This document shows positions 25,584-34,027 of a DNA stretch of 64,000 bases, in pieces. The notes beneath the pieces were generated by a model. The model was not told the origin of the DNA and did no database searches. It was given only the letters and a program-made list of their open reading frames with translations. The DNA comes from Verrucomicrobiota bacterium (GTDB lineage: Bacteria > Verrucomicrobiota > Verrucomicrobiia > Limisphaerales > UBA8199): contig JBEKRX010000017.1 in assembly GCA_049518415.1 (NCBI GenBank), positions 82,305-146,304 on the forward strand, in the 5' to 3' direction. Positions within the stretch are counted from its first letter, which is position 1. The number at the start of each line of letters is the position of its first letter. The position numbers were made by a program, and so were the translations under genes.

Positions 25584-26576
25584 TCAGGCCTGAGCTTTTT
25601 CCACCACCGCGGGTTGCTTTTCGACGAAGTGTCCGAAGTTGCGGAACTTGGCATAGCGCTGTTTCAGGCGGTCCGCAGGGGACAGCTTGAGGAGTTCTTC
25701 CAGGTGCTTGAGCAGAGCATCCCGCACCGTCCCGGTGGTCTGGTCTGGGTCGTTGTGGGCACCGCCGAGAGGCTCGGGGATGATTTCATCCACCAGGCCC
25801 AACTGAAGGAGGTGCTGGGCGGTGATCTTTAGGGCCTCGGCGGCCCTTGGCGCGGCCGAGCGGTCTTTCCACAGGATGGCCGCGCAACCCTCCGGGCTGA
25901 TCACCGAGTAATAGGCATTTTCCAGGATCACAACCCGGTCGGCCACCCCGATGCCGAGGGCGCCGCCCGAACCGCCCTCGCCCACGACGGCGGCGATAAT
26001 GGGCACCTGGAAGAGCATCATCTCGCGCAGGTTCACGGCGATGGCCTCGGCGATGTGCCGTTCCTCGGCGCCGATGCCGGGATAGGCCCCCGCCGTATCG
26101 ATGAGCGAAATAATCGGCAGGCCGAACTTGTCCGCCAGCTTCATCAGCCGCAGCGCCTTGCGATAGCCTTCCGGGTGGGCGGACCCGAAATTGCGGAGGA
26201 TGTTTTCCTTGGTGTCGCGGCCTTTTTGGGTGCCGACTGCCATCACCTTGTGCCCGCCCAGGCAGGCAAAACCCCCCACTACCGCCCGGTCCTCGGCAAA
26301 CAACCGATCCCCATGCAACTCGCTGAACCCGGTGAAGGCCGATTCCAGGTAATCCAAGGTGAACGGTCGCTTGGGGTGGCGGGCAATCTTGATCCGATCC
26401 CAGGCGCTGAGGTTCGCGTAGATCTGGCGCTTGGTCTCCGCCAGCTTCTTTTCAATCAAAGCGACTTCTTCCGCGAAGCTGATCCCCAGGGCAAGCCTTT
26501 CCGGATGTCTTTTCAACTCCTCCAGCGCGTTCTGCAATTCCGCAATCGGCTTTTCGAAGTCGAGTTGGTGTTTCAT
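25584..26576 (-). CDS. accA: Acetyl-CoA carboxylase carboxyltransferase alpha subunit
   Basis: LDFEKPIAELQNALEELK, ARHPKRPFTLDY, IISLIDTAGAYPGIGAEERH and GEGGSGGALGIGV. Start set at MKHQLDFEKP (ATG 26576). Confidence 0.9.
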   Translation of the reverse strand: MKHQLDFEKPIAELQNALEELKRHPERLALGISFAEEVALIEKKLAETKRQIYANLSAWDRIKIARHPKRPFTLDYLESAFTGFSELHGDRLFAEDRAVVGGFACLGGHKVMAVGTQKGRDTKENILRNFGSAHPEGYRKALRLMKLADKFGLPIISLIDTAGAYPGIGAEERHIAEAIAVNLREMMLFQVPIIAAVVGEGGSGGALGIGVADRVVILENAYYSVISPEGCAAILWKDRSAAPRAAEALKITAQHLLQLGLVDEIIPEPLGGAHNDPDQTTGTVRDALLKHLEELLKLSPADRLKQRYAKFRNFGHFVEKQPAVVEKAQA

Positions 26577-26632
26577 CAGCCCGGAGCTTAGTGCTTCCCA
26601 GGCGGGCAGGCAACGCCCTTTTGGTACAGGCA

Positions 26633-26658
26633 AAGAGCCGGATTTGCATCCGGCTCTT
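26633..26658 (-). terminator. Candidate stem-loop between pgl and accA (weak intrinsic terminator or leader structure)
   Basis: AAGAGCCGGAT-ttgc-ATCCGGCTCTT, an 11-bp stem. On the minus strand it is followed only by TGCCTGT, so the U-tract is poor. Confidence 0.3.
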
Positions 26659-26931
26659 AGTGGTGATGAGGTTTATACGCCTTCACCCAGGCGCTCAGAA
26701 GGGTAATGCGGCCAACTATTTGCTCGCTGTTCGAACCGCATTACAAGCAAAACCTCTATACTAACCCTAAACGAACAGCGAAATCGTTATCGCCTTCTTC
26801 CATTCGCCCTGCACCTTTATAGATAACATCAGAAAGCGACTTGTTCAAAGTTTTTTTCGCTTTTCAAAGAGCTCTTTCTCTTCGCCTCGCGAAGAACTGC
26901 GACGTCCTCGCACCCGCCATTGCAACCCTGT

Positions 26932-27714
26932 TTATTCCTTTCCATCAGATCCCCCGCCCGTCAAGTGCAACCGCCGATTTTTCTGAAAAATCGCGTCCAG
27001 AGCCAGGTCCGTGAGAATCCGGGTGTGGCGGCGCTGCCTGAGCACCCGGGCCAGCGGGGTATTGCCCGCCGGGGTGAGAGACTGGCGCAGAGCGGCCGCC
27101 TTGCCTGGGCCAGAGGCCAGCACCCAGACCTGGCCGGCGGCGCGGATAGCCGGGTAACCCAGCGTAATCCGGCGCGGCGGCGGCTTGGGCGCCGTCACCG
27201 GCCGATAAACAGCCGGGCTCGCCCTTAGCTCTTCGGCTTCCCCGGCAAATAAAGACGCCACATGCCCTTCCTCACCCATCCCAAGGAACACCAGGTCGAG
27301 CGCGGGTTGGCCCCCCTTGCCGGGAGGCGCAATGCGCCGCAATCCCGCCTCCGCCTCGGCCGCGGCGGCCTCCGGGAGCGCCTCCCCGCGGATGCGATGG
27401 ACCTGCCCGCCGGCAATGCCCAGCGGACCGAGCAGACATTCATTGGCCAGGCCAAAATTGCTTTCCGGGTTGTCCGGCGGCACGCACCGCTCGTCGCCCC
27501 AGAAGAAATGGACCCGCCCAAGGTCCAGCCGGCGCGCCCGGACCTGGTCCCTCACGGCCAGCAAGAACCGGCGCGCTATCCGTCCCCCCGAAAGCGCCAC
27601 GCAGTACGGCCCGGCGCGCCGGCCAGCCGTTTCCAACTGCTTCAGCCACTGAGCCGCCGCCGTCTGGGCCAGCGCCTCCTCATCGCCGAAAGTCAAGAGG
27701 TCGTAGGTGCCCAT
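26932..27714 (-). CDS. pgl: 6-phosphogluconolactonase
   Basis: [13 protein letters not shown] and [19 protein letters not shown]. Confidence 0.9.
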   Translation of the reverse strand: MGTYDLLTFGDEEALAQTAAAQWLKQLETAGRRAGPYCVALSGGRIARRFLLAVRDQVRARRLDLGRVHFFWGDERCVPPDNPESNFGLANECLLGPLGIAGGQVHRIRGEALPEAAAAEAEAGLRRIAPPGKGGQPALDLVFLGMGEEGHVASLFAGEAEELRASPAVYRPVTAPKPPPRRITLGYPAIRAAGQVWVLASGPGKAAALRQSLTPAGNTPLARVLRQRRHTRILTDLALDAIFQKNRRLHLTGGGSDGKE

Positions 27715-29312
27715 GGGTCTCCGGCAGAGGCGCGCTGGTTAGCCGCCTCGTTGACCGTCCTCGGCTCATGCCAGGCATGGCCGGCCTGGGCCAGCAAATC
27801 ATCCGCCGCCACCGGACCCCAGGTGCCGGCGGCGTAGAATTCGCGGTTGGTCAGCGGCTGGCCCGCCCAGCTCCGGCGCAGCCCGTCGACGAATCGCCAG
27901 GCGGTTTCGACCTCGTCGCGGCGGATGAAAAGGGTGGCATCGCCGGCCATCGCGTCCAGCAGGAGCCGCTCGTAGGCCTCGGGCGTGTAAGCGCCGAACT
28001 CGGCGTCGTAACTGAAATGCATGCGCACCGGCCGCACGGCCACACTGGTCCCGGGGACTTTGCCATTGAACCGCAGGGAGATGCCCTCATTGGGCTGGAG
28101 GCGCAGGACCAGCGAGTTCGAATCCAGCCGCTGGCCGCATTGGGCGGCAAACAGGACATAAGGGGTGGGCCGGAATTGGATGCGCACTTCACTGGCGCTG
28201 GCGGGCAGGCACTTGCCGGTGCGCAGGTAAAAGGGCACGCCCGACCAGCGCCAGTTGTCAATGAACAGCTTGAGCGCGACGTAGGTTTCCACATGGGAAT
28301 CGGATTTGACCCTGGGTTCCTGGCGGTAGCCCGGGTGCAACTCGCCCGCGACCACCCCGGCGAAATACTGTCCGCGCACGACCTGTTTGGCCACCTCCTC
28401 CGCGGTCAGCGGGCGGAGCGACCGGAGCAGCTTGACCTTTTCGTCACGAATCGCCTCGGCCTCCAGTGAGACCGGCGGCTCCATCGCCACGAGCGACAGG
28501 ACCTGCAGGAGATGGTTCTGCACCATGTCGCGCAGCGCGCCGGCCTCCTCGTAATAGCCCCCGCGCTGCCCCACCCCCGGTTGCTCGGCCACGGTAATCT
28601 GCACCTGCTCCACCGAGTCGCGGTTCCAGAGCCGCTCGAAGATCGAGTTGGCAAAGCGGAACATGAGGATGTTCTGCACGGTTTCCTTGCCCAGGTAATG
28701 GTCGATGCGGAAGACCTGCTGCTCACGGGCATAGCGGGTCAGTTCGTCGTTGAGTCGCAGGGCCGAGGCCAAATCGTGGCCGAACGGTTTCTCCACCACG
28801 ACCCGCTGCCAGCCCTCCTCGCCTGGCTGATGCAGCAAGCCGGCGCGATGCGCTTGCTCGACCACCTCGCCGAACTGGCTGGGCATGGTGGCCAGGTAAA
28901 ACAGCAGATTCTGCCGCAGGGGCGGGCGGCCGAAGGCGCTAAGCTGCTGCTCCAGCTTCCGGTATGCGCCCGGCTCCGTGAGGTCACCCTGGCAATAAAA
29001 AATGTGCCCGGAAAACTCCTGCCAAATCGCCTCCTCCACCGGCTTAGTCCGGGAAAACTCCTCCAACGCCCGCCGCAACTCCTCGCGCCACGAGGCGTCC
29101 GTCTTCTGGCGCCGGGCAAGGCCGAGGATGCGAAAATCCGGCGGCATCTGCCCCTCTTTGCACAGATGATAGAGCGCGGGGACGAGCTTGCGGGCGGTCA
29201 AATCGCCGCTCGCCCCGAAGATCACGATGGAACAGGGTTCCGTCAGTTTGCGCGCCTGCCCCAGCCGACACGTCATCACCTCCTCATATTCCGCCCCTTC
29301 AGTTTGGTTCAC
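27693..29312 (-). CDS. zwf: Glucose-6-phosphate 1-dehydrogenase
   Basis: [35 protein letters not shown] and [34 protein letters not shown]. Overlaps the pgl start by 22 nt. Confidence 0.95.
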   Translation of the reverse strand: MNQTEGAEYEEVMTCRLGQARKLTEPCSIVIFGASGDLTARKLVPALYHLCKEGQMPPDFRILGLARRQKTDASWREELRRALEEFSRTKPVEEAIWQEFSGHIFYCQGDLTEPGAYRKLEQQLSAFGRPPLRQNLLFYLATMPSQFGEVVEQAHRAGLLHQPGEEGWQRVVVEKPFGHDLASALRLNDELTRYAREQQVFRIDHYLGKETVQNILMFRFANSIFERLWNRDSVEQVQITVAEQPGVGQRGGYYEEAGALRDMVQNHLLQVLSLVAMEPPVSLEAEAIRDEKVKLLRSLRPLTAEEVAKQVVRGQYFAGVVAGELHPGYRQEPRVKSDSHVETYVALKLFIDNWRWSGVPFYLRTGKCLPASASEVRIQFRPTPYVLFAAQCGQRLDSNSLVLRLQPNEGISLRFNGKVPGTSVAVRPVRMHFSYDAEFGAYTPEAYERLLLDAMAGDATLFIRRDEVETAWRFVDGLRRSWAGQPLTNREFYAAGTWGPVAADDLLAQAGHAWHEPRTVNEAANQRASAGDPWAPTTS

Positions 29313-29459
29313 AGGCCAATTATTGCCGAGGTTGCCCCGGATTTCAACGTTTCCGCCCTACCCACTTGCCTGGAAACACGGCTCTTGGGGATTTTTCCCC
29401 CCATTGCCGGGGCCAGCCGGCGCCTATTCCAACGGGCGAATTAGTGCTATCTTGAAGGC

Positions 29460-29536
29460 GAATTGGAATTAAGATTGCGATTAGAGATTACGGGATTAGG
29501 ATTAGGATTAAGATTAGGATTGGAATTAAGTTAAAG
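29460..29536. repeat. Degenerate hexamer tract (GATTAG/GATTAA/GAATTG family) ending 2 nt before the redoxin ATG
   Basis: gaattg gaatta agattg cgatta gagatta cgg gattag gattag gattaa gattag gattgg aattaa gttaaa. Same unit as 21604-21665. Confidence 0.85.
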
Positions 29537-29538
29537 CC

Positions 29539-30657
29539 ATGAAACGAATTTCTTTCGCCTTGCTCGCCGGCCTGGCCCTGCTCCCTCCTGGCTTCGGGGC
29601 CGATTTTCAACCTGCCACCCTGCCGCTGGGCGCGCCCGCGCCGGATTTCGACCTGCCGGGCGTGGACGACCGCCGCCATGCGCTCAAGGACTTCGCGCCG
29701 GCCAAAATCCTGGCGGTCATCTTCACCTGCAACCACTGTCCTACCGCCCAGTACTATGAAGAGCGCATCAAGAGCATCGTGACCGATTACCAGGCCAAAG
29801 GCGTGGCCGTGGTCGCCATCATGCCCAACGACCCCAAATCCGTGCGCCTGGACGAACTGGGCTGGTCCGACCTGGGCGATTCGTTCCAGGAGATGAAACT
29901 CCGCGCCCGCGACCGGCAGTTCAATTTCCCTTACCTTTATGACGGCGATACCGAGGCGGTGGCCCGCGCTTACGGCCCGGTGGCCACGCCCCACGCCTTC
30001 CTCTTCGATGCCGGCCGCAAGCTCCGTTACCTCGGCGCCATCGATGACTCGGAACGCCCGGCGCGGGTCACGAAAAACTACCTGCGCGACGCCCTCGACG
30101 CCCTGCTCGCCGGCCAGGAACCCCCCGTCGCCCGGACCAGGGCCGTCGGCTGCTCCGTCAAATGGGCCGGAAAGGCCGAGGCGGTCAAGGCTTACCTGGA
30201 CCAACTGGCCGCCGAACCCGTCTCCCTCGCCCCGGCCGATGCGGAGGCCCTCAAGGCCCTGCGCAAAAACCAATCCGGCAAGTTCCGCCTGGTGAGCTTC
30301 TGGGCGACCTGGTGCGCCCCCTGCGTGGCCGAATTCCACGAATTGGTCACCCTCAACCGCATGTATCGCCATCGCGATTTTGAACTGGTCACCGTCTCGC
30401 TCAACCGGCCGGACGAGGACAAGGACGTGCTCGAGTTCCTGAAGAAGAAACAGGCCTCCTGCCGGAACTTGATCTTCTCCTCGGCGGACCGGGAAAGGCT
30501 CATTGATGCGTTTGACCCCGACTGGCAGGGCGCCGTGCCCTACACGGTCCTGCTCGCGCCCGACGGCAAGATCGTCACTCGCCAAACCGGCAGCATCGAT
30601 CCCCTGGCCCTCAGGCGTGCCCTTGTCCAAGCCATGAACCAGTTGAAGCCGTGGTAG
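29539..30657 (+). CDS. Secreted two-domain thioredoxin-like (TlpA/redoxin family) protein
   Basis: Signal peptide MKRISFALLAGLALL. Two CxxC centres: FTCNHCPTAQ and FWATWCAPCVAEF. Confidence 0.85.
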   Translation: MKRISFALLAGLALLPPGFGADFQPATLPLGAPAPDFDLPGVDDRRHALKDFAPAKILAVIFTCNHCPTAQYYEERIKSIVTDYQAKGVAVVAIMPNDPKSVRLDELGWSDLGDSFQEMKLRARDRQFNFPYLYDGDTEAVARAYGPVATPHAFLFDAGRKLRYLGAIDDSERPARVTKNYLRDALDALLAGQEPPVARTRAVGCSVKWAGKAEAVKAYLDQLAAEPVSLAPADAEALKALRKNQSGKFRLVSFWATWCAPCVAEFHELVTLNRMYRHRDFELVTVSLNRPDEDKDVLEFLKKKQASCRNLIFSSADRERLIDAFDPDWQGAVPYTVLLAPDGKIVTRQTGSIDPLALRRALVQAMNQLKPW

Positions 30658-30674
30658 GGGGCAAACCTTTAGAA

Positions 30675-30732
30675 GGGGCCACGAAATGCTCCATTAGTCA
30701 TCTCTGACCCCTTTCTGACCCCTTTCCTTTCC
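30675..30732 (-). repeat. 37-nt dispersed motif (copy 4, inverted) followed by (CTGACCCCTTT)x2
   Basis: ggggccacgaaatgctccattagtcatctctgacccc is the reverse complement of copy 1. It is followed by ctgacccctttctgacccctttcc. Confidence 0.85.
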
Positions 30733-30844
30733 GCGTGCGCCCGTCCCCGCACCCAAGGTGCTTGGACGTGCCGCCGGCCCTCCGGCCGGGCGGCCGAGCG
30801 GGCCTGGCTTGCCACTGGAGAACGACTGGCGCTAACATTGCCGC

Positions 30845-33748
30845 ATGAACGAACCCCTTTCCCGCCCTGAGAGGTTGAAAAAGACACTCGCCGGCGCCGC
30901 CACTCGTCCGCCGATTTCCACCGCGGCGCTCCGGAGCGTGGCGGTTGGCACTTTGGCCGGCCTGTGGTTCGCTGCCTTGTCGCTCGGGCTGGCGCAAGAG
31001 GCAAAAGGCCTTGGGAACGAGAACTCACCCGCCGTACTGCCACTGCCTGAGACGCCCACGCCCCGCGAAGATTCTCTGAGCCGAGCCACCAAGCCTGTCC
31101 CGATCCACTCTCCCCGGCGCGACAGCGCCGCTTTCAGCGCGGCGGGGGAAGGCTCTGAGAGCGCCCTGGGCCGCGCCCAGGTCAATTCGTTCACCAGCGG
31201 CCAGCTCCGATTGCAGGCGCTGACTCCGACGCTCCTCCGGATGGAATTTTCCCCTTCCGGGCAGTTTGTGGACGCGCCCAGTGTCTCCGTCATCAATCGG
31301 CAACGGTGGCCCTGGGTGGCCTTGACGACCAAGGAAGCCAATGGCTGGCTCACAGCCAGCACCGGCCCAATCACGCTCTCTTACAAGTTGAACTCAGGCC
31401 CGTTCAGCGCCCAGAATCTTCAGGTCAGTTGGCGAGACGGAGTTGGCCGGCATGAGTGGAAACCGGGTGACCCGGACGGGCAGAATCTGGGGGGCGTTCC
31501 GGCCAGCCTCGACAACCGCAGCACCAAGGCGGTGACCGAGCCAGGTCCGCTCAGCCGCAAAGGCTGCTTCCTGCTCGATGACAGCAAGAGCGCGCTCTTT
31601 GTCCGCGCCGACAATTGGGTCAAAGCCCGAACGCCCAACGACAGTCTGGACTGGTATTTTCTGGCTTATGGGACTGACTATAAGTCAGCGCTCAAGCAAC
31701 TGTCCGACCTGCTGGGCCCAATCCCGCTGCTGCCGCGGTATGTCTTCGGCGCCTGGTTTGGTTCGCGCGCGGGCTATTCGGGCGAGCAATGGCAGATGAT
31801 CGTCCAGCAGTTCCGCGACGAACACCTCCCGCTCGACCTGGTCGTCCTCGACTCCGATTCCAAGTCCAAGATGGTTTGGTCCGGCTACGATTGGGACTTG
31901 GAGCAGATGCCTGATCCGGCCGGCTTTTTCGCCTGGATGGCCCGGCAGGGCGTCAAGGTGACCGTCAACGAACATTATCAGCCCCTGACCCGCCAGAGTG
32001 ACAGCCGCTTCGAGACCATTCGGCAGGCCCTGGGGCTGCCTGCCGACGTGAAAGAAATCCCGCACGCCATTGGGGACAAAAAGTATGCCGGGTTGTTCAT
32101 GGACCTGTTGCACCAGCCGGATTTGGAGCGGGGGCTGGCATTTTGGTGGCAGGACGGAGCCGCCCCGGCCGGTGTGGAGGGACTGGACGACCTGTTGTGG
32201 ACGCGCCATGTCGAGTATCAAGGCAGCGAGCGCATCACGGGCCGGCGCACCACGGCCTTCTGCCGCCTGGGCAATCAGTGGGGCTCGCACCGCTATGGCA
32301 TCTTTTTCACCGGCGACCTGCACGGCGTCTGGGCCTCGCTGCCAGTGCTGATCCCGGCGACCGTCCGCGGTGGCAATCAACTTGTGCCTTACATGAATAA
32401 TTTGTGCGGCGGGGTTTTTGTCGTGGACCTGCCACCAGAACTCTACTGCCGGTGGGTGCAATTCAGTTCCTTGAGTCCCTTGCTCTGGTTCCACGGCCTT
32501 TGGGGGCTGCGCTTGCCCTGGGAGTACGGGCCCGACAACGTGGCCAACTACCGCAACTTCGTCGGCTTGCGCTATACTCTGCTCCCCTACATCTATACCT
32601 GCGCGCGGGTGGCTCATGAAACGGGCCTCCCGCTCGTGCGCGGGACCTACCTGGAATACCCGGACCAGGAAGCCACCTACACTTTCGACCAGCAATACCT
32701 TTTCGGCGACCAACTCCTGGTCGCCCCCATCACCGCCCCGGGCAATGGCCACCCCGTCCGCAAGCAAGTCTTTCTGCCGGCCGGCGATGACTGGTTCGAT
32801 TTCTTCACCGGCGACTTCTATCCCGGCGGCAGGACCATCCTGCATGAGTGCCCGCTTGACCGGATGCCGCTCTTCGTCCGCGCCGGCTCGATTCTGCCCC
32901 GGGCGCCGTTGATGGACTTCAGCGACCAGAAACCGGTCGACCCGCTCACCCTCGAGGTCTATGCCGGAGCGCGTCCTGCCGCGTTCAATCTCTACGAGGA
33001 CGACGGGCTTTCGTTGGCCTATCGCGCCGGGGCGTACGCCTGGACGCCATTTCATTTCCGCCCGGCGCCGGCGGGGAACTACACCTTGAGCCTCGGGGCG
33101 GCGCAAGGCAACTTTAAGGGTCAACTGGCCAAGCGCCGTTATCTCGTGCGCCTGCACGGCCTGTGCCAGCCCCAGGCAGTCGCCCTCAACGGCCGCAGGC
33201 TCACCGAGGTTGACCCGGAACAGGGCCTCGACGGATGGTGGTGGGATGCGCGCGCGCGCACCATCATGGTTCGTCTGAACAAACCGCTTTCCGCCGGCCA
33301 AGAGAACGTCCTCTCTTTTTCGAACGCGGGGACGAGCGCCGATCTCGCTGCCTGGCAGCGGGCCAGCAACCTGCGGGCCCAACTGCGCCAGCTCAAACGG
33401 GACGTCAAACTCAAACACGCCGCCCTGGTCAGCGGGCCGGGCATCAAAAAGCCCCCGCGCGCCATGCGCGAAATCGAAGCGGTCGAACGCCTCCTGACCG
33501 ACGTGGTGGATCACCCCAAGGGGCGCGGAACCAACCCGCCTGATTATCCGGCCCTGGAGAGCCGAATTGTTGCCGCCTTGGCCAACGACCCTTTCGAGTC
33601 CAATCGGGCCTTGCCGGAGCTCGATCCGGAATCGCGCGCCGGCATGGACCTGTGCAAGGGAGCAAAGTTCACCAGCCAGGAAATGACCGCCATGACCAAC
33701 CGCCTCCGCGGCGCCGACTCCCCGGCGTGGTTGTGGCCAGCGCGCTGA
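30845..33748 (+). CDS. Glycoside hydrolase family 31-like enzyme with long C-terminal helical extension
   Basis: 967 aa. DLVVLDSDS..WSGYDWD, GVKVTVNEH, LAFWWQDG, and a C-terminal-domain pattern LYEDDGLSLAYRAG typical of GH31. Confidence 0.7.
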   Translation: MNEPLSRPERLKKTLAGAATRPPISTAALRSVAVGTLAGLWFAALSLGLAQEAKGLGNENSPAVLPLPETPTPREDSLSRATKPVPIHSPRRDSAAFSAAGEGSESALGRAQVNSFTSGQLRLQALTPTLLRMEFSPSGQFVDAPSVSVINRQRWPWVALTTKEANGWLTASTGPITLSYKLNSGPFSAQNLQVSWRDGVGRHEWKPGDPDGQNLGGVPASLDNRSTKAVTEPGPLSRKGCFLLDDSKSALFVRADNWVKARTPNDSLDWYFLAYGTDYKSALKQLSDLLGPIPLLPRYVFGAWFGSRAGYSGEQWQMIVQQFRDEHLPLDLVVLDSDSKSKMVWSGYDWDLEQMPDPAGFFAWMARQGVKVTVNEHYQPLTRQSDSRFETIRQALGLPADVKEIPHAIGDKKYAGLFMDLLHQPDLERGLAFWWQDGAAPAGVEGLDDLLWTRHVEYQGSERITGRRTTAFCRLGNQWGSHRYGIFFTGDLHGVWASLPVLIPATVRGGNQLVPYMNNLCGGVFVVDLPPELYCRWVQFSSLSPLLWFHGLWGLRLPWEYGPDNVANYRNFVGLRYTLLPYIYTCARVAHETGLPLVRGTYLEYPDQEATYTFDQQYLFGDQLLVAPITAPGNGHPVRKQVFLPAGDDWFDFFTGDFYPGGRTILHECPLDRMPLFVRAGSILPRAPLMDFSDQKPVDPLTLEVYAGARPAAFNLYEDDGLSLAYRAGAYAWTPFHFRPAPAGNYTLSLGAAQGNFKGQLAKRRYLVRLHGLCQPQAVALNGRRLTEVDPEQGLDGWWWDARARTIMVRLNKPLSAGQENVLSFSNAGTSADLAAWQRASNLRAQLRQLKRDVKLKHAALVSGPGIKKPPRAMREIEAVERLLTDVVDHPKGRGTNPPDYPALESRIVAALANDPFESNRALPELDPESRAGMDLCKGAKFTSQEMTAMTNRLRGADSPAWLWPAR

Positions 33749-33865
33749 ATCCCCTCAGAACGGGCGGCCTTGGCCGACTGCTCAAACGCGCGGCCAGAGT
33801 GCGATTACTCCCTTGAGCCAGGCCTCCCTGGACCTGCTGGCCGAGCGGTTCATTCCAATGAGCGT

Positions 33866-33976
33866 TCAAGATGGCAATGACGCCGATCACCACCAGCAAC
33901 TCGATCAGGGTGAAACCGGCGGGGGCTTGGCCCTCTGGCGTCCGGGATAACGGAGTCCAGGAATCCCGTTTTTCAT
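33866..33976 (-). pseudogene. Prepilin-type N-terminal methylation-domain fragment, frameshifted and truncated
   Basis: [17 protein letters not shown] is encoded at 33917-33866. The only upstream ATG (33976) is in the +1 frame, across an A5 run. Sequence after AIL is non-pilin and overlaps the GH31 3' end. Confidence 0.5.
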
Positions 33977-34027
33977 CGCCCTAACCTTTCGCCTGACCCC
34001 GTCGGATGGCGGTCAGAACCCCGGGTC

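Noticed and set aside
26660-26931. Low-GC 270-bp gap between pgl and accA considered as a small-RNA gene (6S, SRP, tmRNA, RNase P)
   Set aside because: I saw no diagnostic conserved boxes of those RNAs, only modest hairpins (TAATGCGG..CCGCATTA, AAAGCGA..TCGCTTT). It probably holds the terminator and promoter. Only a covariance-model scan can exclude a small RNA.
29488-30630. 380-aa minus-strand ORF covering the redoxin gene
   Set aside because: It is an antisense shadow. The plus frame has a signal peptide and two CxxC thioredoxin motifs, and it is duplicated as a protein-level-conserved fragment at 486-674.
31685-33514. 609-aa minus-strand ORF inside the GH31 gene
   Set aside because: It is an antisense shadow ORF (Arg/Gly/Pro/Ala-rich). 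The GH31 motifs are in the plus frame.
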